A stretch of 64,000 nucleotides of DNA from an uncultured Chloroflexia bacterium (GTDB lineage Bacteria; Chloroflexota; Limnocylindria; Limnocylindrales; CSP1-4): assembly GCA_963704935.1 (NCBI GenBank), contig CAVPIF010000003.1, forward strand, positions 1,279,652-1,343,651. Direction: 5' to 3'. How positions within the stretch are numbered: the first letter of the stretch is position 1; the number at the start of each line of letters is the position of its first letter. The notes under the pieces were generated by a model. That model made no database searches, was not told the DNA's origin, and saw only the letters and a list, made by a program, of their open reading frames with translations. Of the stretch, positions 1-9,731 are shown in pieces. The translations under genes were made by a program, and so were the position numbers.

Positions 1-604
1 CTGGCTGGAGAACGGGGTCGTCGGCGTCTTCAACGTCCTCAAGATGCTCAAGGCGGAGGGTGACGTGGCCGGCGTCGCCGGCTCGATGACGATGAACGGG
101 CGCCCGGTCAACCTCGTTGCCAAGGCCGCCCTCGTCCCGTTCTTCGTCCTGCACTACGGCATCTTCTGGGCGGTCCACGGCGTGTTCGTCTGGACGCTGC
201 CGCTGTTCGCCTCGATGGGGACGGGAAGCGTGGATATGACCGAGGGGTTCGAGACGCTGGCGATCCCGTTCGCGGTGCTGGCGCTGGCGATCAGCCACGG
301 GCTTTCCTTCTGGTTCAACTTCATCCAGGGCGGTGAATATCGGCGCGTCTCCGCCGCGCGCCAGATGTTCACGCCCTATGGCCGGCTCGTGGTGCTCCAC
401 ATCACGATCATCATCGGCGGCATGGCGATCGCGCTGACGGGCGCGCCGGCGGCCGTCGTGGCGATCCTGGTGGCGCTCAAGACAGTCCTCGACGTGGGGT
501 TCCACCTCGCGGAGCACCGGAAGGTCGCGATGCCGGTCGTCGTCTCCGCGGGTACGACCGGTTCGGCGGCGAGTGGCGGCGGGTCGGGGATCCCCGGCGG
601 GTAG
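1..604 (+). CDS. DUF6498-like membrane protein (5' truncated by window)
   Basis: Frame is open from base 2 (WLENGVVGVFNVLKM...); motifs FFVLHYGIF, HGLSF and MFTPYGRLVVLHITII; several hydrophobic segments. Confidence 0.7.
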   Translation, partial: WLENGVVGVFNVLKMLKAEGDVAGVAGSMTMNGRPVNLVAKAALVPFFVLHYGIFWAVHGVFVWTLPLFASMGTGSVDMTEGFETLAIPFAVLALAISHGLSFWFNFIQGGEYRRVSAARQMFTPYGRLVVLHITIIIGGMAIALTGAPAAVVAILVALKTVLDVGFHLAEHRKVAMPVVVSAGTTGSAASGGGSGIPGG

Positions 605-652
605 ACGCGGCCGGCAGGCAACGCCGGGCCCGAGCGGCGCCGTCGCCCCCGG

Positions 653-1210
653 TCACATCCCGGAATTGGACGGGTCGTCCAGGACGCCCTGCGTCTGCGA
701 TGCACGCCAGGCCGCCAGGCGCGCCGCCAGCGCCTCGTCCGCGACGGCCAGGATCTGCGCCGCCAGCAACCCGGCGTTCGTGGCGTTCCCGATGGCGACC
801 GTGGCGACCGGGATGCCACGCGGCATCTGGACGATCGACAGCAGCGAATCCATCCCGCCCAGGTGCTGGGTCGGGATCGGCACGCCGATGACCGGGAGGG
901 TCGTCTTGGCGGCCAGCATCCCGGGCAGGTGGGCCGCGCCGCCCGCGCCGGCGACGATCACCCGGATGCCTCGGCCGCGCGCCTCCTCCGCATACCGGAA
1001 CAGGTGATCCGGAGTCCGGTGCGCGGAGACGACCCGGAGTTCGGCCGGTACTCCGAGCTCGGCGAGGATCGACACGGCGGCCTCGAGCACCGGGAAGTCC
1101 GACCGACTGCCTCCGACGACGCCGACGAGCGGCCGATCGCCGCCGGGGGCCGTCGAGTCGCTGCCCGCCGTGGTGCCCGGATCGTCCGTGCCGCCCGGAT
1201 CGTCCGTCAT
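653..1210 (-). CDS. purE: N5-carboxyaminoimidazole ribonucleotide mutase
   Basis: Motifs [47 protein letters not shown]. Confidence 0.97.
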   Translation of the reverse strand: MTDDPGGTDDPGTTAGSDSTAPGGDRPLVGVVGGSRSDFPVLEAAVSILAELGVPAELRVVSAHRTPDHLFRYAEEARGRGIRVIVAGAGGAAHLPGMLAAKTTLPVIGVPIPTQHLGGMDSLLSIVQMPRGIPVATVAIGNATNAGLLAAQILAVADEALAARLAAWRASQTQGVLDDPSNSGM

Positions 1211-2923
1211 CGATCGCCCTCCTCATCGTCGGCCCAGCGCAACTCGTCGCGCGCGGCCCGCGCCCGCCGCAGCGCATCGTCCACGCTCGCCGCCGTGGCC
1301 GTGACATGGCCCATCTTGCGGCGTTCGAAGACCCGGCGCTTGTCGTAGAGGTGGAGGTGGACGGCGTCATCCGCCAGCGCCCGCCGCACGGACAGCGGGA
1401 CCAGTCGAGCATCGCGCAGCACGCCAGTACCCCACAGGTTGACCATCGCGGTCGGCGCGTGGGCATCCGTCCTGCCCAGGTCCAGTCCGCAGATCGCCCG
1501 GATATGCTGCTCGAACTGCGACGTCGCGGAGCCGTCCAGCGTCCAGTGGCCGCTGTTGTGGACGCGTGGCGCGAGCTCGTTGACGACGAGTCGGCCGTCC
1601 GGCATGAGGAACAGCTCGGCGGTCAGCGTGCCGGTCAGGCCCATCGCGAGGGCCAGCCGCTCCCCGAGGGCGGCGGCACGCTCGGCGACCTCGGTCGGGA
1701 CGGGCGCCGGGGCGACGCTCTCCGCCAGGATCCCGCTGGTCGTGGACGTTGCGGGCGATCGGGAAGGTGCGCAGCTGGCCATCGACCCCGCGCGCGACGA
1801 TGACCGACAGCTCCGATTCGAACGCCATCTCCGTTTCCGCCAGGAGTCGATCGTCCGCCGGCCGACCCAGGCGGTCGATGGCGCCGTCGAGATCGCCGGC
1901 GGTCGTCAGTCGAAGCTGGTTGCGCCCGTCGTACCCGCCGGTGACCGACTTGAGTCGGAGCGGCAGGCCCAGGGCCGCCGCGGCGTCGCGCAACTCCGCG
2001 GTCGTCCGGACTTCGCGCCAGGGTGCCACCTCGACGCCGGTCGATCCCACGAAGCGACGCTCGGCGAGCCGATCCTGGGTGACGGTCAGCGGCAGTCGGC
2101 CGGGCCGGACCGGGACGACGGCATCGACCGCGATGACCACGTCCAGCGCGACGTGCTCCAGCTCGTACGTGACGACATCGCTGATCTCCGCCAGCCGCAG
2201 CGCGGCACCGACATCGTCGTAGCCGGCCACGATCCTGCGGTCCGCCAGCGACGCGGTCGGGCAGTCCGGATCCGGATCCAGCACGGCGATCCGGTAGCCC
2301 ATCGCGCGGGCCGCCAGCGCGAGCATCCGCCCGAGCTGGCCGCCGCCCAGCAGGCCGATCGTCGCTGGCGGGGCGATCGGCGCACGGTCCACCCCGAGCC
2401 GACGCTGGACGTCGGCGATCCAGGCCTGCTTCTGATAGGTGTACTGGTTGCCCTCCGTGATCCCACCGCGGACGATCCGGGTCTTGAGTTCCGAGTAGGT
2501 CCGGGTGAGTCCGGGATCGGCCCGCAGGGCGTCACGGAACGCGACGTCCCGGGCAAGCTCCTCGCTTCCGGGCTGGACATGGATGTGGAGGCGGAACGTG
2601 GTCTCGCCACGCACCAGCGTGCCGACCAGCATCGGCCGGGTCGGCGGCCAGGGGTCCGGGCCCGGCTGCGGCCCGAAACCGAGGTCCCGCAGGACGTCGA
2701 CCACGCCGGGGATGCTCGTCGGATCCGTCGCGATCGCGAGGTCCACGATTCCCTTGCCGGGCAGCCCCGGGACGGCGGTACTCCCGATGTGCTCGACGAC
2801 GAGGTCCGGCCGCCGCTCCCGGACCAGGGCCGCGACGGACTCGGCGACCTCCAGGGTGCGCGGGTCCCAGTCGGCGACCTCGGCGGGCAGGCGAACGTAT
2901 GGTCCGATGGGCGGCTGGCTCAC
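1207..2923 (-). CDS. purK: N5-CAIR synthase with N-terminal GrpB-like nucleotidyltransferase-fold domain; frameshift near 1738
   Basis: ORF 1367..2923: [19 protein letters not shown] (GrpB), then [13 protein letters not shown] and GGYDGRNQ; continues in ORF 1207..1782 with [31 protein letters not shown]. Confidence 0.9.
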
Positions 2924-3059
2924 AGCCGGAGTGTAGACGCGGTCGAAGGTCCCGGGCCCGACGCGCGTCCGCGCTTGATCAGGCGGCCCCGGCCGCCCGA
3001 CCGCGCTCGCCGGAGCCTGCGGTCCGATCGCCGGGGACCTGCTCGGCTAGCATCCCGGC

Positions 3060-4151
3060 ATGGCTCCGCGGACCGCGCTCATCCTGGATGTCGACACCGG
3101 CATCGACGACAGCCTCGCGCTGCTGTACGCCGCCGCATCCGCGGATGCGGAACTCGTGGCCGTCACGTGCGTGTCCGGCAACGTCGAGGCGGCGCAGGTC
3201 GGCATCAACACGCGGGCCATCCTGGAGCTCGCCGGCCGAGGGGACGTCGAGGTCGCGATGGGTCGCCAGGTCCCGCTCCTCCGGCCCCTGGAGACGACCC
3301 CGGAGACGCATGGCCCCCGCGGTCTCGGCCATGCAGAACTGCCGCCACCGCGCCGACCACTGAGCGACCGCCAGGCCGTCGACGTCATCCTCGAGGAGGC
3401 GCGCCGGCGGCCCGGCGAGATCACCCTGGTGACCCTGGGACCGCTCACCAACCTGGCGATGGCGGTCACGCGTGAACCCGACCTTCCGCGGTGGCTCGCC
3501 GGCTGCACGGTGATGGGCGGCGCGTTCGGGGTGCCGGGCAACACGACGCCGGCCGCGGAATGGAACATCCACTGCGACCCGGAGGCGGCCCAGATCGTCT
3601 TCGGGGCGTGGAGCGCGGCCATCGAGGCGGACCCCGGGGTCACCCGTCTCGTCATCCTCGGCCTGAACGTGACCGAGGGCGCGCGGATCACGGCCGATCA
3701 TGTCGTGCGCCTGGCCCGGCGGGCGGGCAGCCATCCGGACGATTCGCTCGCACTCGCTCGCGGCGAGGACCCGATGCAGCCGGCGCACTCGGTCGCCAGC
3801 GTGCCGATCGTCCGGTACGTCGCCGACGCGCTCCGTTTCTACTTCGAGTTCCACGAGCGGTACGACGGCTTCTACGGCGCGTTCATCCACGATCCGCTCG
3901 TCGTGGCGGCGGCGCTGGACCGCTCCCTGGTCATGGCCACTCCGCAGTTCGTGGACGTCGAGACCCGCGGCGAGATCACCGCCGGGATGACCATCGCCGA
4001 TCCGCGACGACTGACCGGCCGGACCCCCAACGCCGACGTGGTGGATCACGCGGACATCGCGACCTTCCTCGACCGCCTCATCGAGCGGGTCGGAGCGCTG
4101 GCCGCGGCTCGCGCCTCGAGCGCCGCTCAGGACCGGAGCGACACCTCGTAG
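3060..4151 (+). CDS. Nucleoside hydrolase (IU-NH family)
   Basis: Motifs DVDTGIDD, TLGPLTNLA, AEWNIHCDPEAA, HDP. Confidence 0.93.
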   Translation: MAPRTALILDVDTGIDDSLALLYAAASADAELVAVTCVSGNVEAAQVGINTRAILELAGRGDVEVAMGRQVPLLRPLETTPETHGPRGLGHAELPPPRRPLSDRQAVDVILEEARRRPGEITLVTLGPLTNLAMAVTREPDLPRWLAGCTVMGGAFGVPGNTTPAAEWNIHCDPEAAQIVFGAWSAAIEADPGVTRLVILGLNVTEGARITADHVVRLARRAGSHPDDSLALARGEDPMQPAHSVASVPIVRYVADALRFYFEFHERYDGFYGAFIHDPLVVAAALDRSLVMATPQFVDVETRGEITAGMTIADPRRLTGRTPNADVVDHADIATFLDRLIERVGALAAARASSAAQDRSDTS

Positions 4152-4591
4152 GTCGCGCCGTCGACGATCCGCCAGGCCCGGACGCCCGGGGTGCCGGTGG
4201 CCGGATCCGCGGCAGCTGCGTCCAGGGAGACCAGCAGGTACAGGGCGTCCGGATAGAGCGCCAGCCCGACATCCGTCGGTGAGGGCACCGCCGGGGTGTG
4301 CGTGTGGGAATGGACGATCCCCCAGATCACTTCGTCGGCGTCGTCGGCGGCGACCGAGACGCGATACAGATCCCCGGGGTCGATCTCGTAGCGGTACGGC
4401 GAGGCGGCGGCGTTGGCGGTCGGCTCGAAGCGAAGGGCCGCTCCCCCGTCCGCCGCCGCCGCGGACCCCACGATCAGCCCGCACGCCTCGTTCGGGTAGC
4501 CGACCCGCGCGTGCTCCACGACGGCGGCCCGGATCTCGTCCGGCAGCGTGGCCGACGCCGGCCCCGGATGACTCGTCGCGTCCCCGCTCAC
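4127..4591 (-). CDS. mec: JAMM/M67 metallopeptidase ([CysO]-cysteine peptidase, Mec-like)
   Basis: YPNEACG and HSHTHTPAVPSPTD JAMM motif; GTG at 4591 overlaps the cysM stop (GTGA). Confidence 0.88.
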   Translation of the reverse strand: MSGDATSHPGPASATLPDEIRAAVVEHARVGYPNEACGLIVGSAAAADGGAALRFEPTANAAASPYRYEIDPGDLYRVSVAADDADEVIWGIVHSHTHTPAVPSPTDVGLALYPDALYLLVSLDAAAADPATGTPGVRAWRIVDGATYEVSLRS

Positions 4592-5653
4592 CACCAGTTG
4601 ACGGCGCCCTCCAGCGCGTCTTCCATGTCGTCGAAGTCGGTCGTGAACGTGCCGGCGGACAGGTACTTCCAGCCGCCGTCGGGCAGCAGCGCGACGATCG
4701 TCCCCGAGGTCATCGCACTGGCCTCTCGAGCCGCCGCGACCAGGACCGCGCCGCACGACGGACCGGCGAAGATCCCCTCCCGGAAGACCAGCTCCCGCAG
4801 CGCCGCGATGGCGTCGCGGTTGGAGACCAGGTACTTCGCGTCGATGAGGGCGGGATCGAGGATCTCCGGGATGAACCCCTCGTCCAGGGAACGCAGGCCC
4901 TGGACCAGCTCACCGGGCAGCGGTTCCGCCGCCACGATCCGGACCCCCGGCTTGTGCTCGCGCAGGTAGCGCGACACGCCCATCAGGGTCCCGCTCGTCC
5001 CGAGACCGGCGACGAACACGTCGATCTCCGGGCAGTCGGCCAGGATCTCCGGCCCGGTCGTCTCGTAGTGGGCCCGCGGGTTCGCCTGGTTGCCGTACTG
5101 GTAGGGCATCACGAAGCGGTCGTCCTTGCCGACCAGGTGCTTGGCCAGGGCGATCGCGCCGTTGGAGCCCTGGGCGCCGGGCGAGTCGATGACCTCCGCG
5201 CCGAACAGGGCGGCCATCTGCCGCCGTTCGTTGGTGACGTTGTCCGGCATGACGAGGGCGACGCGATATCCCTTCCGCCGGCCGATCATCGCGAGGGCGA
5301 TCCCCGTGTTGCCCGATGTCGGCTCCAGGATGATCGAGCCCTCGTGGAGGAGGCCGCGGGCTTCCAGGTCCTCGATCAGGTACTTCGCGACGCGGTCCTT
5401 GACGGAGCCGGTCGGGTTCATCATCTCCAGCTTCGCGAAGATGCGGACGCCGGGTTGGGCGACATCAGCGGGATCTCGACGATCGGCGTGTGCCCGATCG
5501 CCTCGCAGGATGTCGCCGAAGCGCCCGCCGTGACGGGGCAGCTCATCGTGGTCGTGGAAGTGCGGGTGGTCGTCGGTCAGGTCCGGACCGTGGCCGTGCC
5601 CGTGATCGTCGGGGTTCGACCTGACCGACCGCCCGCAGCGCCGGCATCGCCAT
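4588..5653 (-). CDS. cysM: PLP-dependent cysteine synthase (CysM-like, probably CysO-thiocarboxylate dependent); indels in the 5' part, His-rich N-terminus, start uncertain
   Basis: NPTGSVKDR, EPTSGNTGIALA, GLGTSGT, C-terminal PDGGWKYLSAG...NWW; IGHTPIVEIP readable in a shifted frame at ~5465-5505; lies between cysO and mec. Confidence 0.88.
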
Positions 5654-5659
5654 CGGGCC

Positions 5660-5932
5660 TCAGCCGCCCGCCATCGCCGGGAGCAGTCGGACCTCGTCGC
5701 CCGGCGTGACCGGCGTGTCCAGACCGGCGAGGTAGCGAACGTCCTGGCCGTTGACGTAGACGTTGACGAATCGATTGATGTCGCCGTCCTCGGTCAGCAG
5801 CTGCCCGCCCAGCGACGGGTGTCGCTGGACCAGCCCGGTGACGACGGTCCGGATGGAATCGCCGTCGATGTCGAGCGACTTCACGCCGCCGACATTCGCG
5901 CGCAGCACGGGCGGGATGAACACGGTGCTCAC
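5660..5932 (-). CDS. cysO: MoaD/ThiS-family ubiquitin-like sulfur carrier (CysO-like)
   Basis: 90 aa; FVNVYVNGQDVR; C-terminal PAMAGG di-glycine; context next to cysM and mec. Confidence 0.88.
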   Translation of the reverse strand: MSTVFIPPVLRANVGGVKSLDIDGDSIRTVVTGLVQRHPSLGGQLLTEDGDINRFVNVYVNGQDVRYLAGLDTPVTPGDEVRLLPAMAGG

Positions 5933-7156
5933 GCGCGCGCCTCCGGGGAGACCGTACCGGCAAGGCCGGTCGTGGTCATGAGGAACGGGGCGTCGGCTCC
6001 CAGCGTGGTCGTCGTCAGCGGCCGACCGTCCCGGCGCGCGGCGACGGCTTCGTCGGAGCAGACCGGGCAGTTCGGGTCACGGCGGAGCTGGAGTTCGGTG
6101 AATTCCGTCTCGAGCGCGTCGAACAGCACCAGACGGCCGGCCAGGGTGTTGCCGATGCCGAGCAGGACCTTGAGCGCCTCGTTCGTCTGGAGCAGGCCCA
6201 GGATGCCGGGCACCACGCCAAGCACGCCGGCCACGGAGCAGCCAGGGGCGAGCTCCGGCGGCGGCGGGGTCGGGTAGAGGCACCGATAGCATGGGCCCTG
6301 CGAACGGCACGAAGGTGGTCAGCTGGCCCTCGAAGCGGAACACGCTGGCATGGATCACCGGGATCCCGGCCGCGACCGCCGCGTCGTTGAGGATGTAGCG
6401 CGTCTCGAACGTGTCCGTCCCGTCCAGGATCACGTCGTAGCCGGCGATCAGCTGCTCGACGTTGGCGGCGACCAGCATCTCCTCGTGACCGACGACGTTG
6501 ATCTCGGGATTGAGCGCCTTGATCGCGATCCGGGCGGATTCGACCTTGCGCTCGCCGACCCGATCGGTGGTGTGGATGATCTGGCGCTGGAGGTTGCTCA
6601 CGTCGACGACATCGAAGTCGACCAGGCCGATCGTCCCGACGCCGGCGGCGGCGAGGTAGAGCGCAGCCGGACTGCCGAGCCCGCCCGCTCCGATGAGCAG
6701 GGCCTTGCTGCCGAGCAGCTTCGCCTGACCGTCCGACCCGACTTCCGGGATCAGCAGGTGACGGCTGTAGCGAAGGCGCTGGTCGTGGCTGAGGTAGACG
6801 GGCTTGTCGAACGGGAGTCCTGCCCCCTTCCAGCCGTGGAAGCCCTGGGACATCGACGCGACATCGGTGTAGCCCATCTGCTGGAGGGTCTCGCCCGCGA
6901 ACAGCGAGCGGATCCCACCGGCGCAGTAGAGGATCACCGGCTGGTCGTGGTCCGGCACGATCGACTCGATCATCGACTCGATGTAGCTCTTGGACACGTG
7001 CTCGGCGCCGGGGATGTAGCCCTGATCCCATTCGCTGGCCTCACGGACATCGATGAGCGCGACGCTGCCCGGCGGGAGGGCGTCCACTTCCTGCGGGGAG
7101 AGTTCCTTGACCCTCGAGCGGGCCTCCTTGAGGAGGTCCGCGTATGTCTTCGGCAT
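5929..7156 (-). CDS. moeB: Sulfur-carrier adenylyltransferase/sulfurtransferase (MoeB/MoeZ-like) with N-terminal rhodanese domain; frameshift near 6293
   Basis: Rhodanese DVRE...ILYCAGGIRS; ThiF domain RYSRH, GAGGLGSP, SNLQRQ; after the shift GPCYRC...GVLGVVPG...DPNCPVC. Confidence 0.9.
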
Positions 7157-7224
7157 GGGGCTGGTCAGCTCCGGATGGTCGACGGGCTGGCTCGCGTGTT
7201 GCGGCCAGGGCGGATGAGGACGAT

Positions 7225-7269
7225 GCCCCAGGGACCGTCCTCCCGAAGGAGGTTCGGTGGGCCCTGGGC
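7225..7269 (-). other. Long stem-loop capped by a C(UUCG)G tetraloop in the sufU-moeB intergenic region
   Basis: Minus strand reads GCCCAGGG-CCC-ACCG-AA-CCTCC-TTCG-GGAGG-A-CGGT-CCCTGGGGC. Confidence 0.6.
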
Positions 7270-7318
7270 GCGCGATGTGCCGGCGGTCAGGCCGGCCCGT
7301 GACACCTGCAGCGGCCCA

Positions 7319-7747
7319 TCAGGACGGCCTCTCCGCGGGCTCGGGGGTCGGCGAGACGGCGGCGGGCTCCGCCGCGGCGACGCCGAGATCCTCCAGGACG
7401 TGCTGGAGCGAGTCGTGGCTCAACATGGCGCACTTGAGGCGGGCCGGGCTGATGTCGATGCCCAGGATGTCCAGCAGGTCGTCGGCACGGATGGCGGCAA
7501 CCTCGGCGAGCGGCTTGCCCTTGATCTCGTCCGTCAGGAGGCTCGCACTGGCCTGGCTGATGGCGCACCCACGACCGGTGAACCCGACCCGATCCACGAC
7601 GCCGTCCTTGACCCCGACCATCAGCGTGATCCGGTCGCCGCACAGCGGGTTGGCGCCCTCGAAACTCGCGTCGGCATCTTCGACGACCCCGAAGTTGTGG
7701 GGCCGCCGGTAGTGCTCCAGGATGTAGTCGCGATAGAGGTCGTCCAT
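7319..7747 (-). CDS. sufU: SUF system Fe-S/sulfur-transfer scaffold (SufU/IscU family)
   Basis: MDDLYRDYILEHYRRPHNFG, NPLCGD, GCAISQASAS, RLKCA; GAGG RBS and TATAGT -10 upstream. Confidence 0.93.
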   Translation of the reverse strand: MDDLYRDYILEHYRRPHNFGVVEDADASFEGANPLCGDRITLMVGVKDGVVDRVGFTGRGCAISQASASLLTDEIKGKPLAEVAAIRADDLLDILGIDISPARLKCAMLSHDSLQHVLEDLGVAAAEPAAVSPTPEPAERPS

Positions 7748-7774
7748 TCGACCTCGGACTATATCGCGTTCGCT

Positions 7775-7801
7775 CAATCCCGACCAGCGGGGTCGGGATT
7801 G
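7775..7801. promoter_or_regulatory. Putative Rrf2 (IscR type-1-like) operator over the sufU -35 region
   Basis: Perfect 11-bp inverted repeat CAATCCCGACC-AGCGG-GGTCGGGATTG with a CCGAC-N7-GTCGG core; -10 TATAGT on the minus strand at 7763..7758. Confidence 0.7.
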
Positions 7802-7841
7802 GAATCGGGGCGGGTGCCGCGGCGGACCGGACAGGGCCGGG

Positions 7842-7899
7842 CGCGCCGCGAGACCCGGGCGCCGCCGCGAGACCCGGGCGCCGCCGCGAGACCCGGGCG
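7842..7899. repeat. 19-bp tandem repeat, 3 copies
   Basis: Unit GCCGCCGCGAGACCCGGGC; the first copy differs slightly at its start. Confidence 0.9.
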
Positions 7900-7915
7900 C
7901 GCCGACGCCTGAGCG

Positions 7916-8158
7916 AATCCTGCATCTGATACAAGCACCCGAGCCTTGCCTGGCCGTCAACGGGCGGTCAGAGCGCCAAAGGCGGCATCCGATGCCCGAT
8001 CTGGTGCACGCCCAGCCATGGACCGTGCCCACCGATGCCGAACCGGCGGCCAATCCGGCATCTGATGCCGGGTCGATGACAGGCGGATCAGCGAGCAGGC
8101 CCGTGCTTGTATCTGGCGCAAGCCGCTGCGGCAAATCCGGCATCTGCGGCCGGATGCC
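7916..8158. repeat. Spaced palindrome array (GCATC-N-GATGC core) containing an 18-bp imperfect long-range inverted repeat
   Basis: Units near 7922, 7984, 8057 and 8138; TGCATCTGATACAAGCAC (7921-7938) pairs with GTGCTTGTATCTGGCGCA (8103-8120). Confidence 0.55.
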
Positions 8159-8231
8159 CGGCAGACCCCCGCGCGCCGGCCGCCCGACCCCACCTGTCCC
8201 GCCCGGCAGACCCCACCCGTCCCGCCCGCCC

Positions 8232-8298
8232 GACCCCACCGGCGCCACCCGGCAGACCCACCGGCGCCACCTGGCGGACCCACCGGCGCCGCCCGGCA
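8232..8298. repeat. ~22-bp C-rich tandem repeat, 3 copies
   Basis: GACCCACCGGCGCCACCCGGCA-like units at 8232, 8255 and 8277. Confidence 0.8.
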
Positions 8299-8407
8299 GG
8301 CACACCCGGATCCAGGTGGTGCGGTCCCGCACCGGACTTGTTCGTGCGGCCGGTCGGTACGATGCGACCGGCCGCCGGCGGGCCACCCGGCCCTAGAGTC
8401 GAACGCG

Positions 8408-9687
8408 GTGGCAACGATGCTCGCGGATCGGCTCGAGGCGAAGGTCGGCGGGGTCGCGCAGAAGCGCGGGCTCATCCCACGCATGCCGCCCGGCGATCGG
8501 CTGCTCGACGACGCCGCGGTCTGGTTGACCGCCCAATACGCGGACGCGGTGCGGTCCACCCGCCGCCGGACGCTGGCGAACGGCGAGGCGGAGCTGGCGA
8601 TGGACCTCCACCCGGCGGCCCCGCCGCTCGTGATCACGGCTTCGGACGCGGGGCGCGTCGCAGTCTCGGGAGAGACGGCGCTGACGGGACCCGGCTATCA
8701 CCGCTTCGTCGGACGCGTGCTGGAACGCCTCGGTGCGGAGGTCGGTATCGAATGGACCGACGGCGACGGCGCGCTCACGTTCGCGGATCGCGCCCTGGCG
8801 GAACGCGGCTACCTGGCGTGGCTCGGTCCGGAGCTGGCGCGTGCGCGGGAGGCCGTCCGGCGCGGCGGGCGTGGCATCCACCTCGGGCTGCCCGGCGAGA
8901 CCCGCTACACGACCGATGCGGCCCTGATCACCGTCCTCGGCCCGCGGGACGAGGCCTGGCTCGACGCGGCGATCGCCGACCCACGGGTCGCGCTGGACAG
9001 CACGCCGTGGTGGTCCGATGCGACCGACGGGCGGTACTACCTCAACCGCGGACTCGTGCTGATGTGGCTCCAGGTCCGCTGGCGCACCCCCGCCGTCGAA
9101 GGCGAGGCTGACCTGCTGGATGAGGTCCACCGACTCCTCAGCCGCGCCTTCCCGGACGAGCCGTCACTCGCCTATCCATGGTCCGCCTGGGCGCAGCTCT
9201 GCGCGTTGCGAGGACATCGTGACGCGATGGCCCGGCAGGCGACCAGCCGCTCCCTGAAAGAGGCCGAGCCGGAACGGGCGGTCGGGTATCGTCGCGAGCC
9301 GGTCCGCGTCCAGCATGAAGGCTGGAGCCTGGAGATCCCGGGGTCGTACGCAGAGCGCCGCACGTCGATGAATGGTGGGCCGGCGGCGCCGGCCGCGGGA
9401 TCACCCTGGCGGCGACGCGCACCGGCCTGCCGGACGGCTCCGCGATGCCGGCCGAGTCGTTCATCGCGCAATACGCGAACGTGGGGCCCGACGCCCTGCA
9501 TCACCGCGCCGGAGAGCTGATCGGGCGCGCCCGCCTGACGACCGATTCGAGCTCCGGGGTGGAAGTCGGCGTTCTCGAGGGCTACGCGGCCGTCCGCGGC
9601 TCCGGCGCCGCCATCAGGATCCAGTTCGACGACCCGGTCGACTGGCAGTGGGCGGTCGATACCTGGCGGGCGCTGACGCCGCGCTGA
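8408..9687 (+). CDS. Hypothetical protein (~425 aa); frameshift near 9368
   Basis: ORF 8408..9520 is protein-like up to ...GSYAERRTS; it continues in the frame of ORF 9445..9687 (EWWAGGAGRGITLAA...WQWAVDTWRALTPR); TAGAGT -10 lies 8 nt before the GTG. Confidence 0.7.
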
Positions 9688-9731
9688 CGCCGGCCTGAGC
9701 CCAGCGTGGGAAGAGGGCGGCCCGGGGCGGG

